Shown one piece after another: positions 30,488 through 37,605 of a stretch of DNA of 64,000 nt (within the stretch, counting starts at the first letter, position 1; each line of letters starts with the position of its first letter). Location: positions 1 through 64,000 of the IMG/VR virus record IMGVR_UViG_3300042515_001753, one strand, 5' to 3'. Below the pieces are notes generated by a model. That model was not told the DNA's origin. It did not search any database and worked only from the letters and a program-made list of their open reading frames with translations. Both the position numbers and the translations under genes were made by a program.

Positions 30488-30726
30488 TCATCATCGTCTC
30501 TTATATAACAAGGTACTCTATCAGGGTCCAACCATTTAGCATAATTAAAGTCTTCCATAGCAGTCAAGCACTGCATCTGATTATCAAACAGATAGATATC
30601 ATTCCATCGTTTGGTATAATAATCTTTTTTCTGAAGGCGATAATCGGGTTTGTTGTTAAGTTCAATAATACCCTTTTCTACAAACCGATATTCTTCTCGT
30701 TCCAAGAGAACTTTAGATTGAATCAT
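30469..30726 (-). CDS. Hypothetical protein
   Basis: 85-aa ORF, ATGA overlap with the upstream gene. Confidence 0.7.
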   Translation of the reverse strand: MIQSKVLLEREEYRFVEKGIIELNNKPDYRLQKKDYYTKRWNDIYLFDNQMQCLTAMEDFNYAKWLDPDRVPCYIRDDDEDTESL

Positions 30727-30938
30727 TTTACTTCAACAGTTTCAAGGTCCTGAATAAGATAATCAATTAGAATGTCATAGTTATCCAAAGCATCCTCAGA
30801 GAACATTACACCTTCATTTTGATAATATCGACGAATTTTTTTGTAAAGTTTTGGACTCTTTACATCAAGATAAAAATCACCATTCGCGGCGGCACGAAGA
30901 GTACTAAGTTCTTTCTTGAATTTGATAGTCAGAGACAT
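30723..30938 (-). CDS. Hypothetical protein
   Basis: 71 aa; promoter TTGACA-17-TATAAT at 30962-30990. Confidence 0.7.
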   Translation of the reverse strand: MSLTIKFKKELSTLRAAANGDFYLDVKSPKLYKKIRRYYQNEGVMFSEDALDNYDILIDYLIQDLETVEVK

Positions 30939-31014
30939 CGCTTTGATTTGTTTACCTTGTTATTATAGAGTGATTTGAGTTTTATGTCAAGTGTACCAGT
31001 CTCGGAACTGGCAA

Positions 31015-31088
31015 TCGGGCATAGAGGATTTGAACCTCTGACCTTTCCGGCCCAAGCGGAACGCGCTACCAAACTGCGCTAATGCCCG
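31015..31088 (-). tRNA. tRNA-Pro(TGG)
   Basis: Cloverleaf; anticodon loop CTTGGGC. Confidence 0.93.
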
Positions 31089-31132
31089 TATTTCTTTATG
31101 TATAATACCATGACTACCCCATCATGTCAATA

Positions 31133-31215
31133 CGGAAAGAACAGGAATCGAACCTGCGAAGTTTTTACACCCAGCCGCTTTCAAGGCGGTGTCCTCGACC
31201 AACCGGACTCTTTCC
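31133..31215 (-). tRNA. tRNA-Ser(TGA)
   Basis: Cloverleaf with long variable arm; loop CTTGAAA. Confidence 0.9.
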
Positions 31216-31226
31216 AAAATAAGTCC

Positions 31227-31487
31227 TTAACGGACTTCAAAATCAAGTCGTCTTACTTTACGCTGACGCCTTGCTTCTTGAAAGGCAAGGTCTTCATTCG
31301 TAAGAACAGTAGACTTTTCTTTGATACTCATATAGTTTACCATAACGACCTTTGATAAGTCAAGTGCCGCAATATTTTCATTATTACGAATGGTTGCCAT
31401 ATTAGGACATCCACAAGTAATTGTTTTACCAGACTTCCCTTCAATCTCGCTTCCGCAAGGCTTACATCTAACTTTTAAGTTTTCCAT
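31227..31487 (-). CDS. Hypothetical Zn-ribbon protein
   Basis: CxxC..CGC. Confidence 0.7.
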   Translation of the reverse strand: MENLKVRCKPCGSEIEGKSGKTITCGCPNMATIRNNENIAALDLSKVVMVNYMSIKEKSTVLTNEDLAFQEARRQRKVRRLDFEVR

Positions 31488-31499
31488 CGCTATAATTAA

Positions 31500-31943
31500 T
31501 TATTCAGTAAATGATCTTAACATCCAAACTGCTTTTCCGTGAGATTCATTCAAATCGTCAACAAGATTAATAGTTCCTTTTGAGTTTTGTTTCTCTGCTT
31601 CATCGGACACCTCGGTAAGCATCTCAATAATTTTCTTATGGTCTCCCATCAATTGCTCAACCATAGTCTTGGCATCAATAGACTGTGTGCTATTTGACGC
31701 CTGCTCCACTCCAGAGACCTCTGTAATGCGTGTGAGGGTGCTTACAGGTTTCATACCCAGGAATCGCATATGCTCGGTGATACGGTCGATTTCCTCAAAC
31801 ATTTCCTCATATTGCCCACCAAACAAATCGTGATACTCCTTAAAATTGGGTCCAACAACATTCCAGTGATATATCCAAGTTTTATGAAATAAGACGAAAA
31901 GTGATGCCTGTGTATCACTCAATAGTTTGAATAGTTTTTCCAT
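31500..31943 (-). CDS. dps: Dps/ferritin-like DNA-protection protein
   Basis: HWNVVGPNFKEYHDLF..EIDRITE; late promoter 31963-31970. Confidence 0.92.
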   Translation of the reverse strand: MEKLFKLLSDTQASLFVLFHKTWIYHWNVVGPNFKEYHDLFGGQYEEMFEEIDRITEHMRFLGMKPVSTLTRITEVSGVEQASNSTQSIDAKTMVEQLMGDHKKIIEMLTEVSDEAEKQNSKGTINLVDDLNESHGKAVWMLRSFTE

Positions 31944-31971
31944 TACTCAAAGTAGTTTTGAGTATTTATAA

Positions 31972-32044
31972 TGAGCAATCGCAGATTCGAACTGCGGACT
32001 TTCTGAATGTAAATCAGACACTCTAACCGCTGAGTTAATCGCCC
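31972..32044 (-). tRNA. tRNA-Val(TAC)
   Basis: Cloverleaf; loop TTTACAT. Confidence 0.93.
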
Positions 32045-32050
32045 CTAAAG

Positions 32051-32215
32051 TCAAGACTGATTCATCATATATTCTACCGTAGTTGCTATATCATTCATAG
32101 CATCACGGAGATTTTCTCTTTGACCAGATTCTTGTTTACGAATTGGACGAGAACTATCACACAGAGTCCACCTCCACTGATTCATTTCTGAGCAGAACCA
32201 TAGATTTATCTTCAT
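32051..32215 (-). CDS. Small hypothetical protein (54 aa)
   Basis: MKINLWFCSEMNQWRWTL..ESGQRENLRDAMND; read manually. Confidence 0.7.
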   Translation of the reverse strand: MKINLWFCSEMNQWRWTLCDSSRPIRKQESGQRENLRDAMNDIATTVEYMMNQS

Positions 32216-32399
32216 TCTTATAGTGTTCTAACTTAATCCAATTTATAAGAGCATTTACTTCCATCATTTTTTGTTCATCTTGTTTAATGACGATATCAGA
32301 AGGAAGTTCTCCAAAGTTAATGATTAATGGAATTGCAGTTTTATAGTATTCTAATGCTTCTATAGCAAGTTTTCTATCACGTTGAGAAATAAGCGACAT
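32157..32399 (-). CDS. Hypothetical protein
   Basis: MSLISQRDR after an AGGAGG RBS; promoter at 32421-32449. Confidence 0.65.
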   Translation of the reverse strand: MSLISQRDRKLAIEALEYYKTAIPLIINFGELPSDIVIKQDEQKMMEVNALINWIKLEHYKNEDKSMVLLRNESVEVDSV

Positions 32400-32464
32400 A
32401 GACCTCCTAACTCGTTTCTTATTATACGACAAAAGGGAGGTTTCGTCAACCCCCCATATCTATA

Positions 32465-33427
32465 TCAGTTACCGATACGCTTTACGGCAATTCTTGATTT
32501 GTTGAGAATGCTACCGGCAAGAGGAACATAACCCAGATCATCAGCAAGCATTTGTGCCTTAGAACTCAAAGCATAATTGAGTGCCTGTTGAATATCACCA
32601 GTCTTTGCACCATTTCCAGTCTTATAGGCAAGAATCCAAGTCAGAGTGGAGATAGGATATGCACCAGAGGCAGAAGGATTAGGATTTTCGCCAGCAAGAT
32701 TTGCATCCAGTTTGATAGAGTTTAGAGCAATAGCACCAGACTTAGCAGTAGGAAGAACAAACTGCCCTGCCTTATTTTGAACTGCTGCTGTCTGAAGTTT
32801 ATTTGCTTTCACAAATCCGGTATTCACATAACCAATAGAACCAGGAGTGGTCTTAACAGTACCAGAAACACCTTCATTTCCTTTACCACCAATACCAACA
32901 GGCCATTTTACTGACTTACCAACTCCAGGTTTCCAACCACCAAAAGCATCCAGAGAATTAGTAAATGCAAAAGTAGTTCCAGAACCATCAGAACGATGAA
33001 CCACAAGAATAGGTCCAGCAGCACATCCAAGTGCCTTCCAGTTCTTGATGGTTCCAGAAAACACATCTACAGTTTGCTTCTGAGTGAGTTTCAGAGTGCA
33101 TCCAGGTTTGTTATAAGCAACGGCAATAGTTCCACCCACCATAGGAATTTGAACCACGCCACGCTTAACTTTACTTGCCTCTTTTGACGAAATAGGTTCA
33201 TCAGTTGCACCAAAATCGACAGTTCCTGCGACATACTGACGGACACCAGAACCAGAACCAACTGACTGATAATTCACACGATTGCCAGTTTCAGAAGCAT
33301 AACCTTGGAACCAGCGTTGATAGATGGGTGCTGGAAAGGTGGCACCAGCACCATTCAAAGGAGGTCCAGCAAGAGCGGCAACAGGAGCAGCAACCAGACC
33401 AGCAACAATAAGATTTTTGAGTTTCAT
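32465..33427 (-). CDS. pstS: Phosphate ABC transporter substrate-binding protein
   Basis: Signal peptide, GAGATFPAP, YQSVGSGSG, HRSDGSGTT. Confidence 0.97.
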   Translation of the reverse strand: MKLKNLIVAGLVAAPVAALAGPPLNGAGATFPAPIYQRWFQGYASETGNRVNYQSVGSGSGVRQYVAGTVDFGATDEPISSKEASKVKRGVVQIPMVGGTIAVAYNKPGCTLKLTQKQTVDVFSGTIKNWKALGCAAGPILVVHRSDGSGTTFAFTNSLDAFGGWKPGVGKSVKWPVGIGGKGNEGVSGTVKTTPGSIGYVNTGFVKANKLQTAAVQNKAGQFVLPTAKSGAIALNSIKLDANLAGENPNPSASGAYPISTLTWILAYKTGNGAKTGDIQQALNYALSSKAQMLADDLGYVPLAGSILNKSRIAVKRIGN

Positions 33428-33450
33428 AAAAAGTGAATAACTACAGAGTA

Positions 33451-33495
33451 ATTATAAGGTAAAGGAAAGATAAAATCAACTAAGATTTGGTTAAG
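33451..33495 (-). promoter_or_regulatory. Putative pho box and -10 for pstS
   Basis: CTTAACCA-N3-CTTAGTTG plus two degenerate TTTA units at ~11-bp period, then TATAAT. Confidence 0.6.
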
Positions 33496-33497
33496 AC

Positions 33498-33527
33498 AAA
33501 AAAAAGCACCCAAAGAATGGGTGCTTC
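33498..33527 (-). terminator. Terminator after porin
   Basis: AAGCACCCA-TTCTT-TGGGTGCTT + T-tract. Confidence 0.85.
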
Positions 33528-33549
33528 TACTCATATTATGAGTTGTTTA

Positions 33550-35034
33550 TCAGAATGTGAACTTAGTCTGGACTACACCACCCCACTTGCTGGAATCTTG
33601 ATAACGCTGATTGTTATCAACATAGAACAGAGCAGGAGTAATGCTGATGTTATCGGTGACTTGGAACTTGTAGAAGATTTCAAGCAGAGTTGCATCATCT
33701 ACACCAGCGGTTTCGGCAGAAGGTGCTTGACCCAAAGCAATACCAGCAGAGTTACCCTTAGCAAAGACATCGCTCCACTGAAGACCAACCATCCAAGAAT
33801 TGGAATCAGTAGCATCACCCGAACCAGGAGTACCACTTACACCATTATATCCATAAGCAGCAGAAACGGAAGGAACCCAACCAGATTGTTGTGGTTGCCA
33901 ATAAGCATTAAGAGCAACACTATTGGATTCTTGACCAGCAGCAAGAGTACCATTAGCACTCAAGAGACCGTTGTAGGTGCGCGAACGAGTGCCTTCAGTA
34001 CCATAACGGTAACCTACGGCAACACCCCACTGAGGAGCACGATAACCAACTTGAGCAAGCAGGTTCAGAGCACCATCAGCATTGAATACACCAGTTTCGG
34101 AATCATCACCGTTCTGAGCAACATAGTTCAGACCAGCAACAAATCCACCTTGACCTTTCTTGGTAGGTTGTTTCCACTGAGCACCAAAACCAGCACCAGT
34201 TGCCTTGTTATAGACACCGGGAACACCAGAAACAGCAAAGAAGTCAAGAATTTCTGACTTATAAGCAGAAGGAATCCATGCCATCTCGGTATTACGAACC
34301 AGAGGACCAGCAGTTAGAGTTAGACTCTTACTTACAGGGAACTGGTAGTAAAGACGATCGATCTCTACAGTTCTATCGGTAGATTCTGCCTTATCAAGTT
34401 TGAACAAAGAAGAACTAGAACCAAAAGGATCGCTACTGAAGTTACCGGAACGAAGACGAGTACGGAGCAAGTCCTTACCAGTAAACGAGGTATCAAAGTT
34501 CAGACGCAGATCATAGTTGAATGCGGTGTTACCCACATCAGCACCTTTATTGGTTTCAAGACTAGGAACTCCACCAAGCATGAAATTGACTTCACCCTTG
34601 AGTTTAGTAGTGGTAGAGAATTGTGTTGCTTCCAAGTTTCCAACACGGTTCTCCAGACCATCTACACGACCCTTGAGTACTGCAAGTTCACTCTTGAATT
34701 CGTTCAGCAGTCGTTGAAGTTCATCTGTAGTTTCAGTCACACGATCCAAACAGGCATTCAGCAGTGCTGCTGCTTCAAAGCGAGTCATTGCCTGACCACC
34801 TTTGTATGTGCCGTTAGGATAACCAGCAACGCAACCATAACGGTCTACGAGGTTGGTAAGTGCCTGATATGCCCAATCAGTAGGTTGGACATCAGAGAAT
34901 TGAGTAACACTTGTAACCTGTGCTGCCGAAGCATACTTATTGACATCCTCAGTATTGAGTTCTGCAGCGATAGCAGCAGGAGCAACAAGACCCAGAGCAA
35001 CAGGGACGAGCATTAGTTTTTTAAGAAAATTCAT
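33550..35034 (-). CDS. Cyanobacterial outer-membrane porin (Som/OprB-type with SLH domain)
   Basis: FSDVQPTDWAYQAL..YGCVAGYP, TRFEAAALL, QFSTTTKLKGE, terminal Phe. Confidence 0.95.
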   Translation of the reverse strand: MNFLKKLMLVPVALGLVAPAAIAAELNTEDVNKYASAAQVTSVTQFSDVQPTDWAYQALTNLVDRYGCVAGYPNGTYKGGQAMTRFEAAALLNACLDRVTETTDELQRLLNEFKSELAVLKGRVDGLENRVGNLEATQFSTTTKLKGEVNFMLGGVPSLETNKGADVGNTAFNYDLRLNFDTSFTGKDLLRTRLRSGNFSSDPFGSSSSLFKLDKAESTDRTVEIDRLYYQFPVSKSLTLTAGPLVRNTEMAWIPSAYKSEILDFFAVSGVPGVYNKATGAGFGAQWKQPTKKGQGGFVAGLNYVAQNGDDSETGVFNADGALNLLAQVGYRAPQWGVAVGYRYGTEGTRSRTYNGLLSANGTLAAGQESNSVALNAYWQPQQSGWVPSVSAAYGYNGVSGTPGSGDATDSNSWMVGLQWSDVFAKGNSAGIALGQAPSAETAGVDDATLLEIFYKFQVTDNISITPALFYVDNNQRYQDSSKWGGVVQTKFTF

Positions 35035-35093
35035 ATAGTTCGTTAAGAATTACAACTACGAAGTTTATTTAGACCCCCTGATATTTTAGGGGA

Positions 35094-35164
35094 AGCGGAT
35101 ACACGGATTTGAACCGAGGATAAAAGTTTGGAAAACTCTTGTGTTACCACTACACCATATCCGC
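35094..35164 (-). tRNA. tRNA-Gly(TCC)
   Basis: Cloverleaf; loop TTTCCAA. Confidence 0.92.
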
Positions 35165-35166
35165 AA

Positions 35167-35240
35167 TGTTGAGAGTGGAAGGTTTCGCATCCTTCTACTG
35201 TATCCCTTGTCGGGGTGCCTTACTTTTGGCATCACTCTCA
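35167..35240 (-). ncRNA. tRNA-sized cloverleaf RNA without a canonical anticodon arm
   Basis: TGAGAGTG/CACTCTCA, TGCC/GGCA, CCC/GGG, GAAGG/CCTTC. Confidence 0.6.
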
Positions 35241-35291
35241 GCGTACTTCCTTCACACCATGGAATTATAAGACATAATGAGTATTATGTCA

Positions 35292-35362
35292 AGCCCCATA
35301 ACAGAATTGAACTGTTCTCTGCAGTTTACAAAACTGCTGCATCACCACAATGCTTATAGGGC
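35292..35362 (-). tRNA. tRNA-Thr(TGT)
   Basis: Cloverleaf; loop TTTGTAA. Confidence 0.9.
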
Positions 35363-35670
35363 GGATTGTGTAATTCTCTATGGCAGTTAGCACAAACAAG
35401 AATACACTTTTTTGCTTCTTCTCTTTGTTTTTCAAGAGAAAGAGTAGACCCAATTATACCACCTTCCTTTACGGTTGGGTCAAGATGGTGGAAATCTAAT
35501 GCGGCAATGCACTTATTATACCCACATATAGAGCAACAGTTTCCTGCTTCCTCTTTTAGAATAGCAACATTTTTCCTTCTGGTAGCGGATACACGCTCTG
35601 CGCTTTTCTTTGCCCAATCAGGATTTTTTGCTTTTCTTTCAGCATAAGTTCGTGTTTCTATTTTTGCCAT
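35326..35670 (-). CDS. HNH endonuclease in the tRNA cluster
   Basis: CSICGY..ALDFHHLDP..KCILVCANCHRELH; late promoter 35692-35699. Confidence 0.88.
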   Translation of the reverse strand: MAKIETRTYAERKAKNPDWAKKSAERVSATRRKNVAILKEEAGNCCSICGYNKCIAALDFHHLDPTVKEGGIIGSTLSLEKQREEAKKCILVCANCHRELHNPPYKHCGDAAVL

Positions 35671-35706
35671 TATTATTGGTATAACTTTTATTATTTATAC
35701 CGATAA

Positions 35707-35779
35707 CTCCCCCACCTGGACTCGAACCAGGAACACTTTGATTAACAGTCAAATACTCTGCCAATTGAGCTATAGGGGA
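35707..35779 (-). tRNA. tRNA-Asn(GTT)
   Basis: Cloverleaf; loop CTGTTAA. Confidence 0.95.
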
Positions 35780-35783
35780 ATAT

Positions 35784-35898
35784 TGGTAGGAGGGGGAGAA
35801 CAAAGTGACTACCTCATCCCTCTTGCACATCATCTAGACTTTTGGACAGACCAGAGAGAGGTGTTGCACTTCCTACATTTTGATAGAGGCGCCTATCA
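35784..35898 (-). ncRNA. Structured RNA of unknown function ending in CCA
   Basis: GTAGGA/TCCTAC closing stem, ACCTC/GAGGT inner stem; own promoter 35904-35933. Confidence 0.55.
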
Positions 35899-35934
35899 GT
35901 TTATATAGTAACAAACTTTTGAAGGTTTGTCAAG

Positions 35935-36008
35935 CGTCCTTTGAGAGATTCGAACTCCCGACACATAGGTTCGTAGCCTACTGCTCTAATCCACTGAGCT
36001 AAAAGAAC
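35935..36008 (-). tRNA. tRNA-Arg(ACG)
   Basis: Cloverleaf; loop CTACGAA. Confidence 0.93.
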
Positions 36009-36012
36009 AAGG

Positions 36013-36084
36013 CGAAGGGTGAGGGATTTGAACCCCCATCGCAAGGTTTTGGAGACCTGCATCTTACCGTTAGACTAACCCAAC
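36013..36084 (-). tRNA. tRNA-Trp(CCA)
   Basis: Loop CTCCAAA; two U-U mismatches in the acceptor stem. Confidence 0.82.
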
Positions 36085-36106
36085 AAAATTTGGATATAAA
36101 ATCCAA

Positions 36107-36180
36107 TGCCCGATACAGGACTCGAACCTGTAAAACCTTGTTTCTAAGACAAGTATGTATTCCAATTCCATCAATCGGGC
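36107..36180 (-). tRNA. tRNA-Leu(TAG), short variable loop
   Basis: Loop CTTAGAA; 74 nt. Confidence 0.88.
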
Positions 36181-36254
36181 TGGCTGAGAAACTAGGACTC
36201 GAACCTAGATAAACGCCTTCAAAGGGCGGTGTCCTACCATTAGACGATTTCTCA
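36181..36254 (-). tRNA. tRNA-Gln(TTG)
   Basis: Loop CTTTGAA; encoded CCA. Confidence 0.93.
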
Positions 36255-36255
36255 T

Positions 36256-36330
36256 TGGGGTGTCGTGAGGGAATCGAACCCTCGTAGGGAGAATCACAAT
36301 CTCCAGTCTTAACCACTAGACTAACGACAC
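36256..36330 (-). tRNA. tRNA-His(GTG)
   Basis: Loop TTGTGAT; C73, encoded CCA. Confidence 0.92.
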
Positions 36331-36332
36331 AG

Positions 36333-36405
36333 TGGCTGTAGATGGATTCGAACCACCGACGACTTCCGTATGAAAGAAGCGTTCTACCAACTGAACTATA
36401 CAACC
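36333..36405 (-). tRNA. tRNA with CAT anticodon (elongator Met or Ile2)
   Basis: Loop TTCATAC; no initiator features. Confidence 0.88.
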
Positions 36406-36491
36406 TGGTGGAAGATGTTGGATTCGAACCAACGGAGGTTTTATCCTCACGGTTTAGCAAACCGATGCATTAACCGCTCTGCCAATCTTCC
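36406..36491 (-). tRNA. tRNA-Ser(GCT)
   Basis: Loop TTGCTAA; long variable arm; encoded CCA. Confidence 0.92.
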
Positions 36492-36494
36492 AAG

Positions 36495-36585
36495 TGGGGA
36501 GAAGGTGGAATCGAACCACCATTGCCAAAGGACGGAATCGAACCGTCTCTAACACCGTCGTGCTCACCATCCAAGGTGCTCTCCC
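36495..36585 (-). ncRNA. tRNA-like RNA with two T-arms and no anticodon arm
   Basis: GGGAGAG/TTCTCCC; GACGG-TTCGATT-CCGTC and GGTGG-TTCGATT-CCACC. Confidence 0.75.
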
Positions 36586-36588
36586 AAG

Positions 36589-36695
36589 TTGATAAGGGCG
36601 CCTGATTTAAAGTGCGCTTGGGTCGTTTAACTAGGGGACTATTTCACCCTCCTCCCCCGTCACACTAATGTTTGGTGGGGGTGGACCCTTATCAA
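36589..36695 (-). ncRNA. Structured RNA of unknown function (107 nt)
   Basis: Perfect 10-bp terminal stem TTGATAAGGG/CCCTTATCAA spanning the whole spacer. Confidence 0.6.
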
Positions 36696-36767
36696 TAGGA
36701 ATACCCAGATTTGAACTGGAATCTATCGGTTATCAACCGATTGCTCTAACCATTGAGCTATATTCCT
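36696..36767 (-). tRNA. tRNA-Ile(GAT)
   Basis: Loop TTGATAA. Confidence 0.93.
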
Positions 36768-36771
36768 GAGG

Positions 36772-36845
36772 CGGGAACAATTGGATTTGAACCAATAACA
36801 CCTTGTTCTTCAAACAAGTGCTCTACCAATTGGAGCTATGTTCCC
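36772..36845 (-). tRNA. tRNA-Phe(GAA)
   Basis: Loop TTGAAGA. Confidence 0.92.
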
Positions 36846-36849
36846 AAGG

Positions 36850-36923
36850 TCTGAGAGGCAGGATTTGAACCTGCGACTTGAGCGTTCCAAACACCCAGCT
36901 CTACCAAACTGAGCTACTCCCAG
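36850..36923 (-). tRNA. tRNA-Pro(TGG), second divergent copy
   Basis: Loop TTTGGAA; C1-G72, A73. Confidence 0.88.
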
Positions 36924-36926
36924 ATA

Positions 36927-36998
36927 CATTCCTAACGGGATTCGAACCCGTGTTACCTCCTTGAAAGGGAGGTGACCTAACCGCTAGTCGATAGGAAC
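36927..36998 (-). tRNA. tRNA-Glu(TTC)
   Basis: Loop CTTTCAA. Confidence 0.93.
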
Positions 36999-37003
36999 TT
37001 GAT

Positions 37004-37068
37004 TTGAAGGCAGGTGCGGTATCATCCCGAAGGCGTTCCCATGCTCCTTTTACTTTCCTTGCCTCCAA
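37004..37068 (-). ncRNA. Small structured spacer RNA (65 nt)
   Basis: TTGGAGGCA/TGCCTTCAA terminal stem. Confidence 0.45.
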
Positions 37069-37140
37069 CGACCCTAACGAGATTCGAACTCGTGATTCTT
37101 CTTAGACAGAGAAGTATGATAACCACTTCATCATAGGGTC
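37069..37140 (-). tRNA. tRNA-Asp(GTC)
   Basis: Loop CTGTCTA. Confidence 0.9.
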
Positions 37141-37144
37141 AAGG

Positions 37145-37233
37145 TGGGAGAAGAGGGAATTGCACCCCCAACGGTTCTTATGTAACAGTTTTACAGACTG
37201 CCGCCACACATATCTAATAGTAGCCTTTCTCCC
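37145..37233 (-). tRNA. Atypical tRNA-Tyr(GTA)
   Basis: Loop CTGTAAA; enlarged D-arm; T-loop TGCAATT. Confidence 0.8.
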
Positions 37234-37236
37234 AAA

Positions 37237-37309
37237 TGGGTCGTAGAGGAGTTGAACCTCTCTCTACCGGTTAAAAGCCGGGTGCATAAAACCGATCTGC
37301 CAACGACCC
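37237..37309 (-). tRNA. tRNA-Lys(TTT)
   Basis: Loop CTTTTAA. Confidence 0.9.
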
Positions 37310-37331
37310 AAATAATATGGATAAATATTCG

Positions 37332-37385
37332 GTTGTCTAGGTTCTGGTGGAGAGGCAATCCCTCAACCACTTGATTAGAATACCA
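37332..37385 (-). promoter_or_regulatory. tRNA-array leader: extended -10, boxB-like hairpin, boxA-like element
   Basis: TGGTATTCT, hairpin 37347-37370, AGAACCTAGACAAC 37332-37345. Confidence 0.6.
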
Positions 37386-37439
37386 CCGTTTGGTCTCTGG
37401 GGGGAGATTGGTGGGCACTTAGGAAACTGGTACAGGCAA

Positions 37440-37477
37440 CAAAAAAGGGGAGGAAACTTTTGGTTTCTCTCCCCCTT
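37440..37477 (-). terminator. Intrinsic terminator
   Basis: GGGGAG-AGAAAC..GTTTC-CTCCCC + T6. Confidence 0.8.
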
Positions 37478-37503
37478 CTTATTTGCTTTTTATGGATTAC
37501 ATC

Positions 37504-37605
37504 TTACATATGTCTTTCCATATCCGCAAACAGGGGAGAACCCTCAATATGCCAATAGCGGCAATCGAGATTACTAATCTGTTTTGTGGGCATCGGATAA
37601 GACAT
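37504..37605 (-). CDS. 33-aa peptide
   Basis: MSYPMPTKQISNLDCRYWHIEGSPLFADMERHM between TATAAATA (37627-37634) and a terminator. Confidence 0.45.
   Translation of the reverse strand: MSYPMPTKQISNLDCRYWHIEGSPLFADMERHM

Noticed and set aside
33487-35016. Plus-strand ORFs antisense to the porin
   Set aside because: Antisense shadows of a codon-biased gene
35784-36695. tmRNA or tRNA-Cys/Sec as identity of the odd RNAs
   Set aside because: No Ala-type acceptor with G3-U70 and tag frame; no 7-nt loop with GCA or TCA
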